A stretch of 63,144 nt of DNA, counting the filler. It is 7 parts of 7 records of this genome, joined end to end, with 100 filler letters (N's around TTAATTAATTAA, not from the genome) between each part and the next. Parts side by side here need not be neighbours in the genome. Positions count along the whole stretch, not along the records: positions 1 to 11,811 come from SRR20825010_492; positions 11,912 to 19,133 come from SRR20825010_504; positions 19,234 to 24,614 come from SRR20825010_506; 4 more parts are not named here. One strand, 5' to 3'. How positions within the stretch are numbered: the stretch's first letter is position 1; each line of letters starts with the position of its first letter. Both the position numbers and the translations under genes were made by a program. This document shows, in pieces, positions 11,130 through 20,044 of this stretch. The notes beneath the pieces were generated by a model. The model saw only the letters and a list, made by a program, of their open reading frames with translations, did not search any database and had not been told where the DNA came from.

Positions 11130-11811
11130 TCAGCCGACGGCAGCGCCGAAGCGCCGGTCCCGCTGACAGAATTCGTCAATGGCTTCGCTCAGCTGGTCCT
11201 TGCCGAAATCTGGCCACAGCGTCGGCAGGAAAACGTATTCCGAATAAGCACACTGCCAGAGCATGAAATTGGAGATCCGCTTCTCGCCGCTGGTCCGGAT
11301 CAACAGATCGGGATCCGGAATATCCGCCGTCTCCAGCGCTTCGCCGAACATCTGTTCGTTGATCTGATCCGGCTTAATAGCGCCATCGGCAACCAGCTGC
11401 GCCAGACGGCGTGCCGTGCCCACAATCTCGTCACGCCCGCCATAGCTGAGCGCAATGGTCAGGACCAGACGGTCATTCTCCCTGGTCAGGCGCTCGGCCT
11501 GCTCGATCAGATTGACGATGTCGCGATCAAGCCGCGCCCGATCACCGATCACCCGGAACCGGACGCCCTTCTCATGCAGCTCTGCAATCTCGCTTTTCAG
11601 ATAGCGGCGCAACAGCCCCATCAGGTCGAGAACCTCCATCTTCGGCCGCTTCCAGTTCTCCGAGGAGAACCCGAACAGCGTCAGATAGCCGATTCCGAGA
11701 TCCATCGATGCCTCGACGGTACGCCGTACCGCTTCCGCGCCACGCTGATGGCCAACCGTACGCGGCAATCCCCGTGCGTTCGCCCAACGGCCATTGCCAT
11801 CCATGATGATG
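11130..11811 (-). CDS. uppS: undecaprenyl diphosphate synthase (5' truncated by contig end)
   Basis: [43 protein letters not shown]. Confidence 0.96.
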
Positions 11812-11911
11812 NNNNNNNNNNNNNNNNNNNNNNNNNNNNNNNNNNNNNNNNNNNNTTAATTAATTAANNNNNNNNNNNNNNNNNNNNNNNNNNNNNNNNN
11901 NNNNNNNNNNN
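11812..11911. other. artificial contig linker
   Basis: N-run + TTAATTAATTAA (stops in all frames) + N-run, 100 bp. Confidence 0.99.
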
Positions 11912-12908
11912 CACCCAGGGTGGCGCGGCTGTAGGCGGCTTCGGGTACGTCCAGAAAAGTAAGCGGGCACAGGTTTGCGCGAAACAGGGGCAAATTGGCT
12001 GCAAGCCGGGAAGTTCGCTTGTTGATGTCTGCAAAAGGTTGCAGGTAGGGCAAATGCACCATCATGAAAAAGGATTGTTCGAACGGATCCGTAATTTGAT
12101 TGGCTTTGGCAAGGAGTTGGTTAAGTAACTCATCGATTTGCTGTGGTGCTGCCAGGGGGCGGTAAACGCTTTTGCCAATATCCACAGCATGTTGGCGTAC
12201 TCGGCCTTCGTCTTCGGGGTTGGGTAGCAGGTTTTCTGAAAGTGCACTGTGCAGGTTCATGATTGTGTAGCGGTCGAATGCTGCGTTGTCGATGTTTTGA
12301 ACCAGCAGTTCAATTGCTGTTTTGTGGTTCAAAATCATTTGTGTTTCAAGTGCGGCTTTTCCTGTGGCTGCGCGTCCATGTTCGATCAGTTTGCGTGTGT
12401 CTAGCTTTGAGTAGGTGTTGCCTTCCAGCTGGCTGGATGCCCACGACAAATCGATCAACAATCGGTCAAGGATTGCCCGACTGTATGTACCCGCAGGCAA
12501 ATCGTTTTTGGATGTGCTGCCAATTCGGTATAGCTGTTGACGCAGCGTTGTAGGCAAGTACCAGGTTTTGTTGGGTTGGTAACTGGCCAGAAATTCGCGT
12601 TGATAGCCGACTGGTTTTTTGGCGTGAATGGGTAGGTCGATGTAAGTAAGTATGTCTGCGCTGTCAGCGGACACGGGGATGTGGCGAGGTTCGTTGGCAC
12701 TGACTTCATTTTTTTCATTGTTTGCAGCGTGATATTTGCGCGCGCGCGCGGCCCCTTGGGCTGTAATTGTGCCATTTTTTATCATTTCGCTGACAATACG
12801 CTGGGCCGTGCGACGGGTCAGTTGTGGGTACAGTACTAACAGTTCCTGAAGGCCTATTCCCTGCGGGTTTTCAGCAATGCTGCGGTAAATGCTGGTGTGG
12901 ATTGGCAT
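11912..12908 (-). CDS. Fic family protein with N-terminal winged HTH (3' truncated)
   Basis: wHTH-like LTRRTAQRIVSEMIKNGTITAQG; inhibitory-type motif SSQLEGN; Fic motif variant YLQPFADINKRTSR; ATG at 12908 preferred. Confidence 0.88.
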
Positions 12909-12912
12909 TGTT

Positions 12913-12984
12913 TTTGGCGCAATTGTGGTTGGTGTGGCGCTATTTTGGCGCAATTTAACGAATCGCGCCAGTTGTTTGGCGCAG
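12913..12984. promoter_or_regulatory. repeated TTTGGCGCA motif array upstream of Fic gene (putative operator)
   Basis: TTTGGCGCA starts at 12913, 12944 and 12975 (31-bp period); extra TGGCGC at 12935 and inverted GCGCCA at 12965. Confidence 0.55.
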
Positions 12985-13134
12985 CTACGCATCTCCCGCA
13001 AGTCGCCGGTTTAATAACGGATGGTCAGGGTTGACAGATTGGTCTGTGCATAACCCAACTCAGCGCTTCTCACCCTGCTGCTTTTCCCCGTAAATTTGGC
13101 GCAATGTTTCACGCGCACATTTCCGGAGGTTTAC

Positions 13135-13980
13135 GTGGCCCATTTTATTCACCGTTTCTGCCTGTGTATTTTGTTGCTGGCCACAGCAGCATGTGCCAGC
13201 AAAACCCCGCTTCAGGTTGAGGGGCTTGCCGACACTGGCAAGCAATACACTAGCACGCTGAAGAAAGTGAACAGCTTTGCGCTGGACCACACCCTTGAAT
13301 TCACGGCCGACCTGCTGCCCAATTTGCCCCGCGACAACACCACCTTGCAGCAGCACACCGATGCCATGCGGCAACGGGCGGCGCTGGTGCAAACCACGGC
13401 GAATTACTTCGACACACAGGCTTTGTATTTCGCCGAGCTAAGCGCCTTGGCAAAAGGCGACCACAGCACGGGCACCACGCGGGCTTTGAAAAAACTGGTG
13501 GAGGCATTGAACAAGGCACCCGATGTGGGCGGCATACCGCGCGTAACCAAGGACGCGGTGGCAGGCATGGCCGGGCATGTGGCCAGCTGGAAGCATTCGG
13601 CGCAGGTTCGCGACGAATTGCAGCGCAGTGCTGAACCCGTGGCGCAGGCCTTGTTGACGAACCAGTTGATTCTGGACGAGCAAATACAGTGGATTACCCA
13701 GCGCGAAACCCTGGCCCGCCAGCTTAAATACCGGGAAGAAGTGCAGAAGCCTTTTGTGGCCGACAAAAAACTGCCCGAGCGCTGGAAGAAGGCGTGGATG
13801 GCCGACATTACGCAGCTGCCCACCATTGCGCTGCTGGAGCAGGCCAAAGCAGCAAGTATCGAGATGCAGCAGGCCTGGGTGAATGTGTTGCGCGGGGAGG
13901 GTAGTTTTGAGCACCTGCGCAACGTGTTCGATCAAATCAACATCAACATTGCGGCGGCACACAACCATGACCCCAAGTGA
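13135..13980 (+). CDS. hypothetical lipoprotein, predicted all-alpha (281 aa)
   Basis: GGAGG RBS before GTG 13135; hydrophobic signal ending LATAA-C20 (lipobox-like); no recognised domain. Confidence 0.8.
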   Translation: MAHFIHRFCLCILLLATAACASKTPLQVEGLADTGKQYTSTLKKVNSFALDHTLEFTADLLPNLPRDNTTLQQHTDAMRQRAALVQTTANYFDTQALYFAELSALAKGDHSTGTTRALKKLVEALNKAPDVGGIPRVTKDAVAGMAGHVASWKHSAQVRDELQRSAEPVAQALLTNQLILDEQIQWITQRETLARQLKYREEVQKPFVADKKLPERWKKAWMADITQLPTIALLEQAKAASIEMQQAWVNVLRGEGSFEHLRNVFDQININIAAAHNHDPK

Positions 13981-14290
13981 TTTCCATTCCATTCAAAACG
14001 ATGTGCATGCGGTGTTTTCCGCGCTGTATTTGATTGATGCCGACCACCTCAGCAGCGAGCAACGCAAGCAGCACCAACAGGCGCTGTCAGCGGCTTACCT
14101 GGCGTGGGTGAATGCCGAGAACGCGAAGTTTGACCTGTTAAGCAACCAGGTTAAAACCGAGCTTGCTCAGTTGGCGGGGCAGGTAAGGGCGGTTCGTGAT
14201 GGAGTTTCCGGTTTGCTGACGCCCCCTGAAAGGTTGGGCGCTTTGGCGCAGGGAATGGATGTGTTGGCGCGTTTGGCGAGGATTTTGTAG
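13967..14290 (+). CDS. hypothetical small helical protein (107 aa)
   Basis: ATG 13967 overlaps lipoprotein end by 14 nt; amphipathic helical sequence MTPSDFHSIQND...LARLARIL. Confidence 0.72.
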   Translation: MTPSDFHSIQNDVHAVFSALYLIDADHLSSEQRKQHQQALSAAYLAWVNAENAKFDLLSNQVKTELAQLAGQVRAVRDGVSGLLTPPERLGALAQGMDVLARLARIL

Positions 14291-14307
14291 AGCTGTTTCT
14301 TGGCGGT

Positions 14308-15258
14308 TCAGTTGCCCCAAAGGTAGTTCATGCCCAGCACAGTGGGGCGCGGTTCATACACCACGCAGGGTTTTAGCGTGCCTTGAACAACCCAGTCAAA
14401 AAGTGCATCAAGCAGTTTGATTTCTTCCCGGGCGTGTTTGCAATAAGTTCGAATCACTTCATGACAAACCAGTCGAAACCGGGCGGGGTGCGCCTGCAGT
14501 TCGTGGTATTGCAAGGGGTTCAGGTTCAACAGGGTTTCAAGGCTATCGATACCCAGGCGTTGCTGCTGAAAGGGTTCAAGGTCGGGTCGGTCGTGAAACC
14601 ACAACGCATTTCCGGTTTGTATGGTGCTTGCCCACCGCAGGCCTTGCAGTTTGCTGGAAGGATCGGCGCTGGTTTTAATTTCCAAAAGAGCACTCTGCAA
14701 TTCTTGAACTGAACGGGTATTTTGAAGCAGGTGTACCAGTAAATTGGGTGCGTTGTTTCTGGCCTGGTTGCCTACCAGAAAGGTGCTGTGCTGTTCACCT
14801 GAAAACCCTTGCAGCAAGGGTGTTCCCAATGTATTTGTTTGGTCGCGGGCAATGTGCTGCAAGCGCTGCGTTGTGGTGTGCATGCGGGGTTGAACCACGG
14901 GTGCGTCCGGGTTGGAAAAACTTAAGCTGCCAAGTGTGTTGGCACCGGCCATGGCCAGCAGTTCAAGTTCGCCAAGCGGGGTGTTGGGAATATGTTGTTG
15001 CAGCCATTCGCAGCCCTGTGGCGTGGGCAGGTGTTGCTGAAACACACCGAACAGGTTTCGTTGTTGATAATGGTTTTGTGTAGGCGGCATGGTCAGGCAC
15101 AACCAGGGTTGCGTGCTTGCGCCGCTGTTGTAATGGAACCAGAAGCCTTGCGCAGATTTTCCAAGCCAGCCGCAGGGCAAACCTTTGTTGAACACTTGCA
15201 GCAGTGCAACCTTGCCGGTGGGGCGTGGCAGTTGTATGCCGGGCGCGGGCAACTTCAC
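14308..15258 (-). CDS. HipA-like protein (HipA N-terminal domain plus degenerate kinase region)
   Basis: GTGA overlap with upstream HTH gene; CGWL..GFWFHY, LCLTMP, LFGVFQQHLP, LLAMAGANTLGSLSF resemble the HipA N-terminal domain; FSGEQ P-loop remnant; no DxHxKN motif. Confidence 0.7.
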   Translation of the reverse strand: MKLPAPGIQLPRPTGKVALLQVFNKGLPCGWLGKSAQGFWFHYNSGASTQPWLCLTMPPTQNHYQQRNLFGVFQQHLPTPQGCEWLQQHIPNTPLGELELLAMAGANTLGSLSFSNPDAPVVQPRMHTTTQRLQHIARDQTNTLGTPLLQGFSGEQHSTFLVGNQARNNAPNLLVHLLQNTRSVQELQSALLEIKTSADPSSKLQGLRWASTIQTGNALWFHDRPDLEPFQQQRLGIDSLETLLNLNPLQYHELQAHPARFRLVCHEVIRTYCKHAREEIKLLDALFDWVVQGTLKPCVVYEPRPTVLGMNYLWGN

Positions 15259-15533
15259 GGTTTTGTTTGAAAATAATGTTGCGCGTTTTCCAGCGTGGGC
15301 CATTGAACGGGGGCAGCATTCAGGCCCAGGCCAAACACCCGCAACACGCGCAGGGCGGTGGCAAACGAAACATCTTCCCCGCGTTCAATTCGAAAAATGG
15401 TGTCGCGCCCAACCCCTGCCAAGTCGGCCAGTGTTTGTGCGGTCATTTTGCCGCCTTTGTGGCCAGCTTGCAGGCGTTGGCTGTGAACCAGTGCCGCCAG
15501 GTCGAGCTGGTTTTTGAGAATTTCATTGTTCAT
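15255..15533 (-). CDS. XRE-family HTH protein, HipB-like
   Basis: MTAQTLADLAGVGRDTIFRIERG HTH; C-terminal PTLE; directly upstream of hipA-like gene. Confidence 0.85.
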   Translation of the reverse strand: MNNEILKNQLDLAALVHSQRLQAGHKGGKMTAQTLADLAGVGRDTIFRIERGEDVSFATALRVLRVFGLGLNAAPVQWPTLENAQHYFQTKP

Positions 15534-16104
15534 CGATCAAATTGAGGACTGAAATAGTTGGTGCGTCAAAAATTCGACGCATAAATTCGGTGTCTGTTTT
15601 CTGTGCGAATTCTTCGGTGCGATACAGCGCGGGTTGAATGGTTCGCCCCAGTTGTTGTTCCGCAGGTTGCAATATGTCAAAAAGGTCGTGGAAGTGAAGC
15701 TGGTCGCTCACTACCATTAAATTAATGTCGCTTTTTGAATTGTCTGTTCCCTTGGCAATAGACCCGAATATGAATGCACGGTCTATCTTGGTGGCGTGAT
15801 TTTGCAAGCAGTTCGCGATTACTTCCCGTATGCCAAACGTTTTGATGATCAGGGAGCGAAGGTCTAAAAAAATCGGATTTTGCCTATTGGCTTGAAAGTG
15901 CTTTTGGTTGCCTTGTTGTGTTGTAAGAACAAGCCCTGAGGATTCAAGTTTAAGCAGTTCGCGTTGCACAGCGCCTTTGCCAGCGTTGGCATGTCGCACC
16001 ACTTCGTTGAGATAAAAAGACCGTTCGGGATGCAAGAAGAGCAAACCCAACACCTTTTGCTGTGTTTTGGAGAAAAGACTGTCTGATATTGAAATTAGAA
16101 TCAT
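15523..16104 (-). CDS. winged HTH + minimal nucleotidyltransferase (MNT) protein, second DxD aspartate replaced by Asn
   Basis: LFSKTQQKVLGLLF...GAVQRELLKL wHTH; FIFGSIAKG...SDINL in place of SDID. Confidence 0.85.
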   Translation of the reverse strand: MILISISDSLFSKTQQKVLGLLFLHPERSFYLNEVVRHANAGKGAVQRELLKLESSGLVLTTQQGNQKHFQANRQNPIFLDLRSLIIKTFGIREVIANCLQNHATKIDRAFIFGSIAKGTDNSKSDINLMVVSDQLHFHDLFDILQPAEQQLGRTIQPALYRTEEFAQKTDTEFMRRIFDAPTISVLNLIDEQ

Positions 16105-16107
16105 AAT

Positions 16108-16133
16108 GGGTACGATAATACCCTTTTTGGGTA
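16108..16133. promoter_or_regulatory. interlocked GGGTA/TACCC inverted repeats upstream of MNT gene
   Basis: GGGTA-cgataa-TACCC-ttttt-GGGTA immediately 5' of ATG 16104. Confidence 0.5.
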
Positions 16134-16252
16134 TCAAATTGCAAGCTGATCAATTAATTGTTTTTATGTTTTACACACACATGGTGTTACTGACTTGATC
16201 GTTTATAGCCCCTAAAAAGTAGAACTATCGTCTTTTATTCAGGCAAAGGATG

Positions 16253-16277
16253 TGTAATACTGCATTGTAATATTACA
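16253..16277. promoter_or_regulatory. tandem palindromic operators upstream of vapB
   Basis: Perfect palindrome TGTAATATTACA (16266-16277) and imperfect copy TGTAATACTGCA (16253-16264). Confidence 0.6.
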
Positions 16278-16294
16278 TTCGTTTGGAGTTCTAA

Positions 16295-16546
16295 ATGCCA
16301 GTTACTGCGAAAGTTTTTATGAGTGGCCGTAGCCAAGCCTTGCGCTTGCCTGCGAAGTTGCGCTTGGATGCAAAAGAGGTACTTGTTGAACAAATTGGTA
16401 ACGATCTGTGGGTACACCCTGTTACACCAGCAGCGCAAAACATGGGTTTGTGGCTACAGCAGTTTTATGACAGCACCGAGAAATTGCCCGCTGACTTTTT
16501 GTTTGATCGCGTGGATGCTCCCGCACAAGAACGCGATTGGACTTGA
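16295..16546 (+). CDS. vapB: AbrB/MazE-type antitoxin VapB
   Basis: AKVFMSGRSQALRLP N-terminus; QER near C-terminus; upstream of PIN gene. Confidence 0.92.
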   Translation: MPVTAKVFMSGRSQALRLPAKLRLDAKEVLVEQIGNDLWVHPVTPAAQNMGLWLQQFYDSTEKLPADFLFDRVDAPAQERDWT

Positions 16547-16551
16547 TGTAA

Positions 16552-16953
16552 ATGCGCCGTACCCTTGACACGAATATTTGCAGTTACATTTTGCGGCGAC
16601 ACCCCGCCGAAATGATTGAGCGATTTGCCAGTTTGGACAAAAGCCAGTTGTGGCTATCCGCGATTGTGGCCGCAGAGCTGCGATTTGGTGCAGCAAAGTT
16701 GGCATCTCCGCGTTTTCAGGCTGCGATAGAAGCCTGGTTGGCTGGGTTTGAAGTGTTGCCTTGGCCTGTCGATGCTGCACACCACTATGCGCAAATTCGC
16801 AGCGAACTGGAGCGTGCTGGAAAGCCTATTGGCGGAATGGACTTGCTGATCGCAGCCCACGCCATGGCTGAAGACAGTGTGGTGATAACCAACAATGCAC
16901 GCGAGTTTCACAGAGTGCCGCGCTTGGCGGTTGAAGAGTGGACAATTGAATGA
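16552..16953 (+). CDS. vapC: PIN-domain toxin VapC
   Basis: LDTNICSY, AAELRFG, GKPIGGMDLLIAAHA, TNNAREF. Confidence 0.94.
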   Translation: MRRTLDTNICSYILRRHPAEMIERFASLDKSQLWLSAIVAAELRFGAAKLASPRFQAAIEAWLAGFEVLPWPVDAAHHYAQIRSELERAGKPIGGMDLLIAAHAMAEDSVVITNNAREFHRVPRLAVEEWTIE

Positions 16954-17108
16954 AGTGCAGGTTTGGTGTGGCTTAAAATAATCAAAATACGATTAATTAA
17001 CTGTTTGATGATTATTTAATACAACAATGTGCTGCATCTCGCTTGGCGTTTTAATCTTGGCACTTTAAGCTTTCGCTTTGAATTCAATTACAGCAAGGCA
17101 CCCCTGCA

Positions 17109-18227
17109 ATGACTAAAGTGGCGTTGATTACCGGTGTAACCGGACAAGATGGTTCGTATTTGGCGGAATTTTTGTTGGGCAAGGGCTATGAAGTGCATGG
17201 CATCAAGCGCCGCGCTTCCTTGTTCAACACCCAGCGGGTAGACCACATTTACGAAGACCCGCATGTTGAGAATGCGCGCTTCAAGCTGCATTACGGCGAC
17301 CTTACCGATTCTTCCAACCTGACCCGAATTCTGCAGCAAGTGCAACCCGACGAGGTGTACAACCTGGGGGCGCAAAGCCATGTGGCGGTCAGTTTTGAAA
17401 GCCCGGAATACACCGCCGATGTTGACGCCATGGGCACACTGCGCTTGCTGGAAGCAATCCGATTTTTGGGCCTTGAAAAGAAAACCCGTTTTTACCAGGC
17501 CAGTACTTCAGAACTGTACGGTTTGGTGCAGGAAATTCCGCAAAAAGAAACCACACCGTTTTACCCGCGCAGCCCCTATGCCGTGGCAAAAATGTACGCC
17601 TACTGGATCACCGTGAATTACCGCGAAAGTTATGGCATTTACGCGTGCAACGGAATTTTGTTCAACCACGAAAGCCCGCGCCGTGGCGAAACTTTTGTAA
17701 CCCGAAAAATTACACGTGGCATGAGCAACATTGCGGTGGGGCTTGAGCAGTGCCTGTTCATGGGCAACATGGATGCGCTGCGCGATTGGGGGCATGCGAA
17801 AGACTACGTTGAAATGCAATGGCTGATGTTGCAGCAGGACCACCCCGAAGACTTTGTAATTGCAACCGGCGTGCAATACAGCGTGCGCCAGTTTATTGAA
17901 ATGACCGCGGCTGAGCTGGGTGTAACCCTGCGCTGGGAAGGCAAGGGCGTTGCTGAAAAAGGCATTGTGGCCAAGGTGGAGGGCGATAAGGCGCCTGCCC
18001 TGAAAGAAGGCGATGTGTTGGTGCAGGTGGACCCGCGTTACTTCCGCCCTGCAGAAGTTGAAACCTTGTTGGGCGACCCCACCAAGGCCCGCGAAAAGCT
18101 GGGTTGGGTGCCCCAAATTACACTGCAGGAAATGGTGCAGGAAATGGTGCAGGTGGATCTGGATGCAGCACGCCAACATGCACTGTTGAAGCAGCATGGA
18201 TACAGCGTTGCGGTGAGCCGCGAATGA
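17109..18227 (+). CDS. gmd: GDP-mannose 4,6-dehydratase
   Basis: [56 protein letters not shown]. Confidence 0.98.
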   Translation: MTKVALITGVTGQDGSYLAEFLLGKGYEVHGIKRRASLFNTQRVDHIYEDPHVENARFKLHYGDLTDSSNLTRILQQVQPDEVYNLGAQSHVAVSFESPEYTADVDAMGTLRLLEAIRFLGLEKKTRFYQASTSELYGLVQEIPQKETTPFYPRSPYAVAKMYAYWITVNYRESYGIYACNGILFNHESPRRGETFVTRKITRGMSNIAVGLEQCLFMGNMDALRDWGHAKDYVEMQWLMLQQDHPEDFVIATGVQYSVRQFIEMTAAELGVTLRWEGKGVAEKGIVAKVEGDKAPALKEGDVLVQVDPRYFRPAEVETLLGDPTKAREKLGWVPQITLQEMVQEMVQVDLDAARQHALLKQHGYSVAVSRE

Positions 18228-19133
18228 ACAAGGGCGCAAAAATTTATGTGGCGGGCCACCGTGGCATGGTGGGCAGCGCCATTGTGCGCCGCCTGAATGC
18301 CTTGGGTTACAGCAACATTGTGGTGCGTACCCATTCCGAGCTTGACCTGTGCAACCAGGCTGCGGTGAATGAATTTTTTGCAGCCGAGAAGCCCGATGCC
18401 GTGGTGCTGGCGGCAGCCAAAGTAGGGGGCATACATGCCAACAACACCTACCCGGCAGAATTCATTTTTCAGAACCTGATGATGCAAGGCAATGTGGTGC
18501 ATGCAGCGCACGTCAACAATTGCCAGCACTTGTTGTTCCTCGGTTCAAGCTGTATTTACCCCAAGCTGGCCGAGCAACCCATGGCCGAAACGGCACTGTT
18601 GACCGGCACCCTGGAAAGCACGAACGAGCCCTACGCCGTGGCCAAAATTGCTGGCATTAAATTGTGCGAAAGCTACAACCGCCAGTATGGCCGAAACTAC
18701 CGCAGCGTAATGCCCACCAATTTGTACGGCGAGAATGACAACTTTCACCCGGACAACAGCCACGTGATACCCGCCATGATGCGTCGTTTTCACGAAGCCA
18801 AACTGCGCGGTGATTCCGAGGTGGTGGTGTGGGGCACAGGCACACCCATGCGCGAATTTTTGTATGTAGACGACATGGCCGCTGCCAGTGTGCATGTGTT
18901 GTTGCTGGATGATCAAACCTACAAGGCCAACACTGAACCTATGCTGAGCCACATCAATGTGGGCACCGGGGTGGACTGCACCATTGGTGAATTGGCGCAA
19001 ACCATGCAGCGCGTGGTGGGCTTTAAAGGCAAGCTGGTATTTGACACAAGCAAGCCCGACGGTACACCGCGCAAGCTGATGAACGTTGAACGTTTAAAGA
19101 ACCTGGGTTGGCAGTACAGCATCGACCTGGAAA
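18224..19133 (+). CDS. fcl: GDP-L-fucose synthase (3' truncated)
   Basis: [48 protein letters not shown] overlap with gmd. Confidence 0.96.
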
Positions 19134-19233
19134 NNNNNNNNNNNNNNNNNNNNNNNNNNNNNNNNNNNNNNNNNNNNTTAATTAATTAANNNNNNNNNNN
19201 NNNNNNNNNNNNNNNNNNNNNNNNNNNNNNNNN
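19134..19233. other. artificial contig linker
   Basis: N-run + TTAATTAATTAA + N-run. Confidence 0.99.
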
Positions 19234-19836
19234 GATCTTGCGGGTCACGAAGGTTTCGCCGCGGCGCGGGCTCTCATGGTTGAACAGGATACCGTTGCAG
19301 GCATACATGCCGTAGGCCTCGCGATAGTTGACCGTGATCCAGTAGGCGTAGAGCTTGGCGGCGGCATAGGGCGAACGCGGATAAAACGGCGTCGTCTCGC
19401 GCTGCGGGGTTTCCTGCACGAGGCCGTAAAGCTCCGACGTGGACGCCTGGTAGAACCGCGTCTTGTTCTCCAGTCCGAGAAAGCGGATTGCCTCCAGCAG
19501 GCGCAGCGTGCCGATCGCGTCGACATCGGCGGTATATTCCGGCGCCTCGAAGGAGACCGCGACATGCGATTGCGCGCCGAGGTTATAGACCTCGTCCGGC
19601 TCGGTATCGCGGATGATGCGGGTCAGGTTCGAGGTGTCCGACAGGTCGCCATAGTGCAATTTAAGCTGCGCATTGGAGGCCTGGGGATCCTCGTAGAGGT
19701 GATCAATGCGCTGCGTGTTGAACGACGAAGCGCGGCGCTTGATGCCGTGAACCTCATAGCCCTTTTCCAGAAGGAATTCCGTCAGATAGGAACCATCCTG
19801 ACCGGTAATGCCGGTTATCAAAGCCGTTTTCGCCAT
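19234..19836 (-). CDS. gmd: GDP-mannose 4,6-dehydratase (3' truncated)
   Basis: Same motifs as 17109-18227 but GC-richer codon usage. Confidence 0.97.
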
Positions 19837-20044
19837 TTTTTCTCTTTAATTGCTTGTGATTAATCGACTTTCCGGAAAAATCGACCGCAATCATTGTGAA
19901 ATTCGAGACACTGGTAAATCCATGTTTCGTCGTCATCCGCGACCAGTCCAGCCGGTGACGACGCAGCGGAACATACACTATGCTGACTGAATTGCACCCG
20001 CTGTTTGGCCATGCCCAGTCGCCCTGTTCGTCAACCGCATCGGC

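Noticed and set aside
11856-11867. Recurring TTAATTAATTAA as a biological repeat or CRISPR
   Set aside because: It is always embedded in N-runs and is a synthetic all-frame stop linker. No CRISPR array or cas gene was seen.
12738-12750. Alternating GC run inside the Fic gene as a phase-variation tract
   Set aside because: It is short, the frame is intact, and Ala-Arg codons explain it.
11912-16953. Calling the TA island a prophage or integrative element
   Set aside because: No integrase, transposase, phage gene or att repeat is visible, and the left boundary is cut by the contig end.
18126-18153. Direct repeat CAGGAAATGGTG in gmd
   Set aside because: It reflects the QEMVQEMVQ coding sequence of an ordinary helix.
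17109-19836. Two convergent gmd genes suggesting an inverted duplication
   Set aside because: They lie on different contigs separated by a linker and differ in codon usage.
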